Assembly: GCF_009914755.1 (NCBI RefSeq)
Contig: NC_060936.1
Origin: the human T2T-CHM13v2.0 reference genome, Homo sapiens
Length of the DNA stretch: 64,000 bases
Strand: one strand, 5' to 3'
How positions within the stretch are numbered: the first letter of the stretch is position 1; each line of letters begins with the position of its first letter. A program made the position numbers and the translations under genes. Of the stretch, positions 25,001 to 36,300 are shown piece after piece. Below the pieces are notes generated by a model. The model ran no database searches. It was not told the DNA's origin and saw only the letters and a list, made by a program, of their open reading frames with translations.

Positions 25001-28000
25001 GCTGTGTGCCAGCCCTGAGCCCAACACTCCAGCCACCCTTCAGGCAAGGGGCGGTAGTCTCATGTTTCAGATGCAGACACTGAGGTTCACGGAGGACAGG
25101 CAACTTGCCACGCTGGCACGTGGTCATGGGGTGGGGATGTGGCCGACTCTAAAGCTTTCTCTGTCTGTAGAGTTGCCCTTTGTGTCATGCCCTGGGGTCC
25201 AGGTTTGCAGCTTAAGGTGCTCACTCCCCAGGGTAGGCTAGGGGAAGAGCAGAGATAGGTGCTGGGGACTGGGCCTCCAGGTGTACCCCACCACCAAAGT
25301 CCTGGGTGAAAACCAGCAGGAAGTCTTCAGGTGTCTCTGTTCCCTGAGGGACATTCTGTCCCTCAATCGTGGCGGGACTCTGGGCTAGTGGCTGCAGGGC
25401 ATTCATAAACAAGCCCAGGGCCCTGTTGAGGGCCACCATACCTGTTCAACCCGCTCTGAGCCTCGATCTCCTTAACTGAGAAATGGAAATGAAAGAGAAC
25501 CCGCCCCAGGGGCACTGGGGGAAGATGTAGTGCCAGGACCTGAGTAAAGTGCTGAGCTTGGTACCTAAGCACACTCGGGCCACACAAGCATAGGCTGGGG
25601 TTTCCCAGCATTCCTGCTGCCTCCTGGGAGGGGAAGAATATGAGCTACAGCAGTGGGTGGGTCGTGGGTGTTGAAGTCTCTCCCAGGAGCATAATCATGC
25701 ACCAGGGACTGTCCCACTGGGTCCCTGCCACAGCCCACTTTACATGTAAGCAGTGTGAGGATCAGAGAGCTAAGGTGACTCGTCAGGGGTCCCAGGGTCC
25801 CAGGGTCCCAAAGAGATAACACGGGGATTGTGGCTTCTGGTGAGGCCCAGCCCTTAGTCTCTTCCTAATCCCCACTTTGCCTCGTCTGTAGAAGGCCACT
25901 ATAGACACGGAGTCCCTTTTCTATGAACCCAGCCCCGTGGGAGAGCAGAGCCATGCAGGATGCCCTCAAAGGCCACTTGGCCTCCTGCAGCATATTCCAG
26001 CCACCTGGGATGGGCTTGCACCTGCCAGGCCGTACCTTCCTCTGTGCCTTTGCTCAGACTGGGGCATCTGCCAGGTGTACCCTCACCATCTGCAGGGCTA
26101 AGAGTCTGGTACCTGCTCACCTCCAGAGCCCCACCCAAGCCCTTTTCACCAATCTCCCATCTCTTCGTGCACAGTGTGGCACATGGTAGGCGTTCAGTGA
26201 AGTTGGAACCAAAGATCCAGTCCAGCCCTCAGAGACCTGGTTCCCACCTAGCAGGAGAGACAGACACAAACAGGTCAGTGACAGGGCTACACATCCAAGG
26301 ATGGAATCAAGTGCGGGACGCCCACAGAGCAGGGAGCTCCCGTTCCATCTCTAAGACTAACCGAACCCCTACTATGCTCCTGAAAACTCTGCCATCTCCT
26401 TTCAGTCTTCCCAGGGCAAGGCAGTGGGGTTACAGGTAAAAAAAAAAAAAAGAGGCTCAGACAGCCAGGTACTGACAGGTCACATGGCTGCCCAGGACAC
26501 CTTGGCCATTCCAACTCCAAAGTCCCACTCCTTCTCCAGGGTGGAAAACTCAGGTACCCGGGGACCATGCAGGTAACATGAGGAGCAAAGCCATTGCAGC
26601 CACCCTCAGGACACATCAGCCCAGGGGTTCCAGCACTGCCAGGTTTGGGTTTTTCCCCCAAGAGAAAGCAGACAATAAGAATTTTAGGTAGAATTCTAGT
26701 TTTTCTTTTGGACATTGGCAAACACATCATAAGTTTTTAAATGCAGCAAACAGGGCAAAGAAAAAAAGGTGTGGGCTGATTTGCACCCTTTAATGACCCT
26801 GTATTGTCTGGGTGAGGGGCATGCTGGGGGGTCTCAGGACGGCTTGCCTTCCCCATCCCCGGCCAGCAAGAGCCCCCGGAACCCAGTGGCATCTCCCTGA
26901 GCCCCTCAAGACACCCCCAGCCAGCGCCTTCACCGCCAGAGGCAGGAGGCAGGGCCTGAGCCCCACGAGGGCACCACCCAAATAGCTATAATCAGCAGCC
27001 TCGCCAAGACTTCAAACTCACCCAATTATCCTGCAAGGGAAAAAAAACACAAAATGAAAACAAATTAACATGTTTGCATAGAAGCCGCTGCAGCAACACA
27101 CACAGACACGCGCACGCATGCACATGCTGGCGCATGCCCCAGCAAGGCTGGGAGACGGCGCCGCCACCCCCGCTCCCTGGGCCTGGCACCCACCTGGACC
27201 AAAATACGGGAACAGGCCCAGCAGCCAGCTTGTCCCCAAACCTGACTGGGCACTGACTCCCTCCACCAGCTTTCAGTTTTTCTTCTTTTCGATTTAATAA
27301 ACACATACAATTCATTGTGTGCCAAAATGCCACTGCACCAATCTGTGAGGCAGATATATTATGAGCCCCTTTCTACAGATGGGGCAGCTAGCTGACCTGC
27401 CTGAGGCTGCACAGCTAGCACGTAGGGGAGCCAGCTGGGGCTTGAACCCAGACAGGCCACTTCCAAAGTCCCTGCCATGACCACCGCGCCTTCTCTGTGG
27501 CTCCTTCTTGCCTGTGGGTGGTGTGCCAAGGCCTCAGTCTGCCTTCGAGGTCCCTCCTAACCCCTGTGGCCTGCGTCCACTCTTCCCTTGCCCACGCCAC
27601 CCAAACGGCCCACCCTTACCCTACAGGCTGGCTCTCCTCCTTACCCTACAGGCCGAGGGGCTGTTGGTGTGATGATTATTACGGAGCCAGGTGAATGTGG
27701 GTTCAAATCCCTGCTCCACCAGTTTCTTACCAGATGGCTTTGGGCATGTGGCTTTGCTTCTCTGTGCCTCAGTTTCCCCCCCTGCTAAAATGGAATAACC
27801 AAGGAGGTGAGGAAGATTCTGCAGGCGAGTGGCTGCCTACAAGGTACTACTTCTGGCACCTGCCTGGGGGGCGGGGGGGGGGTTCCTCCAGCCCACACCA
27901 TTCATTTAGTGCCACAAGGCCCACCTCATCAGACTCACTGAGCCCCTGTTGGTGCCTTTGCGCTCCGTGCCAGGTGCTGCCCTTGCCCTTGGGACACTCA

Positions 28001-30616
28001 GACAAGAAGCTCAGATACTCCTTTTTCTGGGAAGCAGCCTGTCCTCGGAAGGACCCCTCTTCTCTGGGCCCCCTGAAGCTCTGTCTGACCTGGGATTGGG
28101 GTTGCGTGGGCGTGTGTCTGGTCATCTTTGCCGTGTTTGGTTTTTCTCTGGGTTCCTGCAGCCTGGCACACCACAGGTGCTCAGGCAGGGTTGGTGACTG
28201 CACTCGTTGGAGCATCCCCTCTCACTCTCAAGGCACACTTGGGGCCTTGTCCCTGGCATTAAAGGATAAACTGCTGGAAGGAATTGAGGTTTAGGTCCTG
28301 GGGTTCAAGGATCCCTGCCCTCCTCCCCCGCTGCTGTGTGACTGCAGGCAAATTGCTTCACCCCTGAGCCCATCACTGTCATCTCCTGGGGTGAGAGCTG
28401 GGCGGGCAGTTCACGAGTGCTACACTGCATGTGTTCATCACCGGCTTCATCCTCACAACCGGCTGGTGAGGAAGGTGTGGTTTCTACTTCCATGTTTCAT
28501 ATGGAGAAACTGAGTCCCCAAGGGACTCGGTGGCTTACTCAAGACAGCCCTGCTAGTGAATAGCAGAGCCAGGGTTCAAACTGAGTTCTGGGTTTTTGCC
28601 TTAGCTGAGGTGCTGTTTCGTCCTTCCTAGACACTGTCCGTCAGGAGCCAGAGGGGTAGTGCCTTGCGGGTCTGGAGAATGAGGGCTACTAGGATGCTAT
28701 GGTGGTGGCGGGAGGGGTAACTCAACTGGCTGCAGGATCACCCCTTTGGCATGCTGGGGAGGTGACCCAGCGCCTACCCCAGGAGCGGCTGGTCCTGTGG
28801 GACATTGGGTGCCCACTCAGAATCCGGCCCTCCCACAGCACAGCCATGCCATGGGCTTTAGAGTCCAGCAGACCTAGTTCGCATCCAGATCCCACCAGGA
28901 GCAAATCCTCTTCCTCTCGGAGCCTCTGCCCCTGCTGGAGAATGGGAGGCGTGGATGTATTCACACTCAAGAGAAGGGCTTCCAGCTCCACGTGAGCTGA
29001 GGCATGGCACCCGGCACACAGTTGCTGCTCGATGAAGCCACCCCCTGCCCAGACCTCCTGCAGGAGAGGCCCTCTCCCTTATCCAGAAGCTTCCCAGCCC
29101 TGGAGCCTCAATGACACAGGCTGGGGGTGGGGCTTGTGTTGCCTAGTTGGTAAGCTGGGTCCGGAGGAGGCTCTAGCCCTGCCCCTCTGCCCACCCATGT
29201 TGAGGGTCTCTGGGGCCCGTGTGTTCTGGGTGTGTGGAGGGGTTTGTCGGGTTGAGGTGGCAAACTACAGTGAAAAGAGCGGGGAGAGACCCCGAACTGT
29301 GAACCCTGGACCATGCAGGGAGTGTGGGAAATAAAGGTCCCAGCCCAGCTCTCTGTTCAGGTGGGATTTATTGAGCATCTACTGTATGTCTGGCCTTGGA
29401 GTAGAAAGAGACCAGCGAAGGGTTTGTGAGGCCTGAGGCCCAGCCTTCTCACTGCTGTGCACCCTGGGCAAGCCACACCATCTGTGGACACAACCTTCTC
29501 ACGCAGGGCTGTAGTCACATCACAGTAAGAGGACGTTTGTTACTCGGTGGTTGAGAGTGCAGGTCTAGAGCCCCCCAACTAAACCCTGGGGATAGGGCAA
29601 GGGCCGCTTTCAGTGGTCATTGTGAAGCTGTGTACAACCCCCTCACACCCATGCTTCTGAGGCTCTGAGTGCAGAGACTGAGTGCCGAGTGGGAGGAGGT
29701 TCTTTCCCCCTCATTACAAAAGTCATGTTCATCTTTTAGTATTTGGAAATGAGTCTGACAAAGAAAATAAAATTCAGCTGACATCTAACTGCCCAGAACT
29801 AGCACTTGGTCTCATGTGGGAACATTCTGCCCAGGTGCTGTGCATTTGGGGAGTGTCTGGCCCCAGGAAGGGCCACTCTGTGCTAAGCCTGTCCTGGGCT
29901 CCTGGACGCCACCTGCCCGGCCGCCTGCCCAGCAGCCCATTGTCTGGCATGTGGGGGCGCGGAGCAGCCGTTGTTCTGCACACATCTGATCCCGTCTTTT
30001 CCACATCAGATCATTTGTAACCGTCACCAGGCAATCGGGCCCGTCGCTGATTCAATCTCGGCTTTGTGCTGTCACAGCCGTTTTTCTGCGCTGGGCTGAT
30101 TTTGAAAGGACGCCCATCCTCTGGGCCCACTTTTCAGAAGGAGGGGAGGTGGGTGGGGGGAGGTGTGTGTGAGAGTGTACGCAGGACATGTTCCCCACAC
30201 ACGTGTACACACACACACATACATTCCACTGCTACATCTCATCACTTAGAGTAGAATTTGGGATGAGGTAGATGAACAAGGGCCTCAGGCCAGGCCCATC
30301 ATCCCTACCTCCGTCCCTGACCATCTGCCACCCTGAGTGCCTACTGTGTGCCCCATCGTGCAGACACAGTAGAACCGGCACTCCAGTGGAAGAGACAGAC
30401 ACTAAACCATTCATCAAGATAATTTCAGAGCAGTAATGACAATGAAAGAACTGCTGTGGTGATGGGACAATGGCCAGGGCAGAAGGTTGCCAGCTTGACC
30501 AGGTGGTCAAGGAGGGTCTCTCGGAGGAGGTGATGTTTGAGCTGAGGTGTGAATGGGGAAATGGAGCTGGCATGGAGAGTGGGAGAGTGGTGTGTACTGG
30601 GGACAGTGTGGTGTTG

Positions 30617-31201
30617 CACTGTCCACAGGTGGCATTGAACATTTGCAGTGAGGCAAGTCTGAACTGAACTGAGATGTAAAATCCATCCCAGGTTTCAAAG
30701 ACTTAGAATAAAAACAAGAACATAAAATACCTCAGGAATTTTTAAATACTGATTACACATTGAAGTGATACTATTTTGGATCTATTGGGTGAAGTAAAAT
30801 ATATTATTAAATTTAATTTCCTCTTACTGCTAGAAAATGTACAATTACATATGAGGCTCCCATTATTACATTTTTTTTTTTTTTGAGACGGAGTCTCGTT
30901 CTGTCACCCAGGCTGGAGTGCAGTGGCGTGTGATCTCAGCTCACTGTAAGCTCCGCCTCCCGGGTTCACGCCATTCTCCTGCCTCAGCCTCCTGAGTAGC
31001 TGGGACTACAGGCACACGCCACCACGCCTGGCTAATTTTTTGTATTTTTAGTAGAGAGGGGGTTTCACCGTGTTAGCCAGGATGGTCTCGATCTCCTGTC
31101 CTCGTGATCTGCCCATCTCGGCCTCCCAAAAGTGCTGGGATTACAGGTGTGAGCCACCACGCCCGGCCCCCATTATTACATATTTCTATCAGACAGCACT
31201 G
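30617..31201 (-). mobile_element. MER33 (hAT-Charlie) interrupted by an AluY
   Basis: ...ttcaaagacttag...tgattacacattgaa...gctagaaaatgtacaattacatatg...atatttctatcagacagcactg matches my recall of MER33 in reverse complement. Confidence 0.75.
30872..31168 (-). mobile_element. AluY
   Basis: Y diagnostics (aagctccgcctcccgggttcacgccattctcc; gtgttagccaggatggtctcgatctcc); TSD cccattattacat at 30859-30871 and 31169-31181. Confidence 0.93.
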
Positions 31202-31397
31202 GTATAGGGTATTTAGGTAGAGGCAAAACCATAAGTGCAAAGGCCCTGGGGTGGGGACAGGGTTGGCTTGTGAGAGGACCAGAAAGCAAGCCAGCGTGTC
31301 TGAGCAGGATCAGCCTGGGACAGGGACAGTGCAGATAGACATTGGGAAAGGGATTCACAGAGGTCCTTCAAGGATATTGTTAGAAAAGCCACGGAAG

Positions 31398-31687
31398 ACT
31401 GGCGGGATGGCTCATACCTATAATTCCAGCACTTAGGGAGGCTGAAGTGAGAAGGTTGCTTGAGGCCAGGAGTTCAAGACCAGCCTGGGCAACATAGCAA
31501 GATCCCACATCTACAAAAAATAATAATTAGCTGGGTGGGGTGGTGCACAACTGTAGTCCCAGCTACTTGAGAGGTTGAGGCAGGAGGATCACTTGAGCCC
31601 AGGAGGGAGCTGCAGTGAGCCATGATCATGCCACCGTACCCCAGCCTGGGTGACAGGGCAAGACCCTGTCTCCAAAAAAAAAAAAAA
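31398..31687 (+). mobile_element. AluJ
   Basis: Dimer with poly-A; degenerate TSD aaaagc(c/t)a(c/t)ggaag. Confidence 0.92.
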
Positions 31688-31699
31688 AAAAGCTATGGA

Positions 31700-33348
31700 A
31701 GCCACTAGGTGAGCTCTACGCAGGAGAGATGTGCGCTACACACAGAAAGGCTTGGTCTGGCTCCCTTGAGGTGGAGATTGACGGCAGGGGGGCGATGGGG
31801 CACAGGGACGGGCAGGAATCTGTTGTAGAAGAGTTGCTGCCGGGACCTGCTGGTGAATTGGCTCCACCGGATCCGGCTCCGCAGAAAGCTCACTGCTTCC
31901 TGTGGCTCCTGGATTTCCAAGCCTCTGGGGTTTCCTGTCTCTCCCGGCACCCGTCTCCACCTCCCCAGCAGCTGTTCCCTGTCATGTCGGTGCATTTACA
32001 ATGAGCGCCAGTCGCCTGTCTCCAGGTGGTCAGAGGTTGAAATCCCTTTTGAAAAGTTCTTTAAAAAAAAAAAAAAAGAAAGAAAGAAAAACCAGAAGTC
32101 ATGCATGTTCATTGTGGAAAAATTAGAAATACAGAGAAGCACAAAGAAGAAAAGGAAAATTCCCCAGTTAACCGTCAGCCGCTAGGCTATGACAGGGGGA
32201 GGGGGTTGAACCCAGGTGGTCTGGCTCCAGCACTTTCTAAATCACAGTGCCTGTGGCCGGATGACATGGAGGGAGCTCCCTGACCATAGGAGGGGTTAGA
32301 GACACGACGCCCCTCTACCCTCACTCACAGCAGAGGTGGAAAGCTGGAGACTGACCCACACATGGGTGGTGAGTGGCGTTTGACTCTTGGAGATTTAAAT
32401 AAAACAAACATTGAGAGAGCTTATGAACTCTGGGATGTGGAGTGGTGGCGCTGTCATTTGGGCCGAGTGTCCTGTCCTGTTTCCTAACCCCTGCCTCGAA
32501 GGCTCCATTCATTTCTGCCCCAGCCTGACCCCCAGAAGCATCTACTGATCTTAGCATTGGGCTAAAAGCTAAGGCCAGCCCTTGCCAGCCACTTTTGTCC
32601 ACTCTCCTCCCCCGACCTGGGCCACTGCGTCTTCTAAACACTCTTGGGTCATTCTTGCACAAGGACCCAGTCTTCTTCCTCCCCGTCCCTTGGGGCCTGA
32701 ATCCTCAAACCCTGTCTGGCCCAGGCCAACCTCTTCCGTGGGGCTTTCCTGCCTGCTCCACCAACCAACCCCGTGGTCCTGGACAGCTCCCTTCCCTCTC
32801 TGTTTCCTCGTGGGTACAACGCCAATCATGTCTTTCTCCCGGTTGTGGCGTGGGTTACGTGAGGTGACGTCTGTAAAGTACTGAGCCTGTGGAGAACACT
32901 AAAAATAAAAGCTAGCTCTTATTGCTCTTACTATTAGATTTTTCTCCTTCCCCGTTGCCTGCTTTAACCCTGAACTGTGGGTGCAGGGACTGGGGGAATA
33001 GGTGGGAGGAAGGCTAGAGATACCGGGCCCCTCCCATCTCCACTGTGGGTCTTACCTTTGCCCGTTGCACACAGTGTTCCGTCTTCCGGGATCCCAGTGT
33101 CATCTGGTGGCATCCCTCCTTCCCTCTTTTGGTCTCCATTTCCATGTTGTTTCTCCAGAGAGATTCTATGACCACTTCCAAAAAAAACTGGGCGGGGGGC
33201 TTTCGGCTGAGCTCACAGCCCCATTATGACATCGTAGTACTGAAGCTGTTCAGTATCGATTCTCAGATCTCCCCACTCATTCTTTGCTGGAAGGTGATGA
33301 CGGAGTCTTACTTGACTGACAATTTTCATTAAAGAGCCGAGGCTGGAA
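31700..33348 (-). ncRNA. Candidate 3' exons of an antisense lncRNA (possibly FAM222A-AS1)
   Basis: Minus-strand acceptor cctctgttctcctag (exon from 33348), donor AAG|gtaaga (exon end 33056), and a long pyrimidine tract plus AG (exon from 32058). I recall an annotated FAM222A-AS1 overlapping this gene, but the exon assignment is inferred only. Confidence 0.3.
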
Positions 33349-36300
33349 CTAGGAGAACAGAGGCTCAGCCTGCCCCTGGCTCCAAACTTTGCACCTTGGG
33401 ATCCCTGGCTCTCTGGGAAGAGTGAAACTGCCCTTCAGAGGTCCATGGCTCTGGGAGAGGGCCAGCCAGGCCTGTTGCCAGTGGCAGTGACTGCCCCTCC
33501 TTCTGGCACCTTCTCTGAGTCCCTGTCCTGAACTAGCACTAGTGCAGAGGAAACAGATCTCCCCGCTCTGAGGTTGGGGGGGTCCCTGCCTGGCCCTGCA
33601 TAGGTGAGGTGCTCTCAGTGACTCACCAGGAGGGTTTGCTCTCCAGCAGCCTGGAGCTCCTTCATGTTCTCTGTTTGCTCCTCTCTCTCAAGTCTCCATG
33701 TGGTGGCCTGTGCAGTCCCTTCTGTGGGATCCTTCCCTTCCCCTAGCTTTTTCCTACTTACCTGTTGATAGCGACCATAAACAATGCTAACAACGGGTAC
33801 CACTTAGGCAGCTACCACAAGGACCCTGGCACTTTGTTGTAAGGAATTAACCCCTTTTGCAGACGCAGAAACTAAGGCTCAGAGAGGAGGGAGGGATTTG
33901 CCTAAGCTCACAGAGTTAGGGTGTAAAGCTCAGACATCCGGATGTGAAGTCGGGGACAGACACTGTCGCTCTGCTAATGAGGCAGCTGGTGTGTCCTTAC
34001 ATCATGACCCCCCCAGGCCAGGTAGGGTGACCCCAACATGGCCACCGCTTGTCTCCCTGCCTTGTAATTACCCCTCTGATGCCTCCCATCCACTCAGGGT
34101 CTGTCACTGCCCCAGCATCTAGCACAGGGCCTGGCCTGGCACATAGTTGGTGTTTAATCTGTCATGCCGTCCCCAGTGGTTGGAGTGCTGACGGAGGCAC
34201 ATCGCAGTTGTCAGTTCCCATGGCGACTGACATCACTATGCTCTCAGGCTGTACCCCGCCCCTTTCTCCAGGGCTCTTGCGCCGGGAGCTGGCCGTGGTG
34301 CTGACAGGCCCAGGAATGGCCACCTACCCCCAGACCCCAGCTGTGTGTCCCAGTAGGACACTTCCTGAGGCCCACCCTGCCCCAACTCCCTAGGACAGCC
34401 TCTTGCCCATCCTTTGTTCAGGAGACGTTTTCCTGAGGGCCCTGTGCTCAGGCACTGCTGTAGCACCGTGAACCCATAGAGGAAGGATCAAGGAGAGCCA
34501 CATGGGACTCCAGTCATTTGACGATTCATCAAACATTTATTATGTACCTTGTATGTCTTGGAGAAGCCCTCAGGAACCCGGACTCCAATTGAAGGTCGAG
34601 TTGAGTTTTAAGGGGTAGAGAGCCAGAAAGGGCTTTTGAGCAGTCCTTCTGCTCAAAAGTCCTTCCTGGCTCTTGGGATTGCATGGGCCAAAGCCTGCAA
34701 GTGTGCAGGTGAGAGTCTTGTGCAGAGGGAAGCCCACCTCAGGACTCTGGCTGCCAGCCAGAATTGGTGATTGTCACTTTACTTTTTGGTCTCCCCTTTG
34801 GCTCAGAACTGCCAGCATCTCTGGCTCTAGTGCCCAGCCCAGAACCAGGCACAATGGAGGGGTGTTGGAGCCAGGCAGGGGACTGGCATCTTTGTCCTAG
34901 AAACCAAAGAGCCAGGTATGCTCTGTGACAAGATTTGCAGCATTTTAGAGAGCCCCTGGCCTGCTGGGGTGGGGACAGATACAGTGGTAATTCTGGCAGA
35001 AGATGAGGCCTCCTATTCAAGGGGACAGTACCTCCCCAGCCCCCAACCTTAAAAAAAAAAAAAAAAGGTAAAAATCCCCTTCTGGTGCTGAGGCCCAAAT
35101 GGCAGTGGGAAATAATCACTTTTCACAGGCCCCTTATCCACAGCCAAGCCCTGTGCCAGTTTAATCAGCAGTGCCGGTGTGACTTGAAGAATCCCCGGCT
35201 TGAGAGATCAGGAGAGGGGTTAAAGAAAATTACCCTCGCCTCCTCCATGCTAATGTAATCTCTAACCAGATCTGCCTAGCCGCAGCTCAAATTGCTTTTT
35301 AGATTAACATTTAATTATTAACAGGGTCCCTTGGAAGGCCTCCGGCTCAGAACAGAGATGGGGGAGGGAGCGGCAGGAGGGAGGTGGGGATGGGCTTCTA
35401 CTCTGGCTGCCTTGCTGAGACAAGCGGGGTGGGAGAGAGAGGAAGGAGCAAGGGAAGAGGGGTCAGGAAGGGAGAAAGAGAGAGAGACAGCAGGAAGGAG
35501 AAGGGAGGCATCAGGACAGGAGGCAGGTGGAGCTAAGGACAGGGATGTAGACAGAGGAGAGGAAAGAGACAGACAGTGGATCTTCCTGTCGTGGGAGCCC
35601 CTAAGGGGGTTGGGGGAAGCTTGCACCTAGATTCCTGAGGACATTCCTGGGCTGGGCAAGGGTCCCTCCACTCTTCCTGGCCAGAAGCAGGTTTGCTGCC
35701 CCTCATTATTTAGAGAGGTCTGGACTTTCTGAGGCTTTCTACTTGCTCAGCTCGTGGTGCTGGGGACCAACACAGAGAAGTGACCCATTTAGGGCCACAC
35801 CACCAGGGTCTGACCCTAGTATTCCCAATCCAGCATTCATTCTCTTCCCCGGGCCCTGGGCCTCTCACCACCATTTCAGGCTCCTATCTGCCTTTGGAGC
35901 AGGCTGTGTGGCCAGGCAGCGTGAAGAGACTTGAATTACAGCCAGAGGGATGGAGGTGAGAACTGTGGGAGGGCTCCCTCACCACCCACCTATCCTGCCA
36001 CCACCCCCAGGAAGGCTGCGAGGCCCTGAGGAGTGGCCAGCATCTCATTCACTTCCTGAAAGGGAATTCAGAGTCTGAACCATCTACTCTACTCCTTGCA
36101 TGATGAACTGCTGGGTTTTGCCAGCTTCCTATCTTGTCCCTGCTCGAGATTCTAAGTCCCTCAAAGACAATGGCTACGTCTAGAGCCCCTTTGTGTGCCC
36201 ACAGTTCAGGGACTGCCCCACACCTTGTACACAGCTGGATTAAGTTTGGAAACCAAATGATCACATCCTCTTATGTCCAAGTTAGATGGCCCTCATACTA

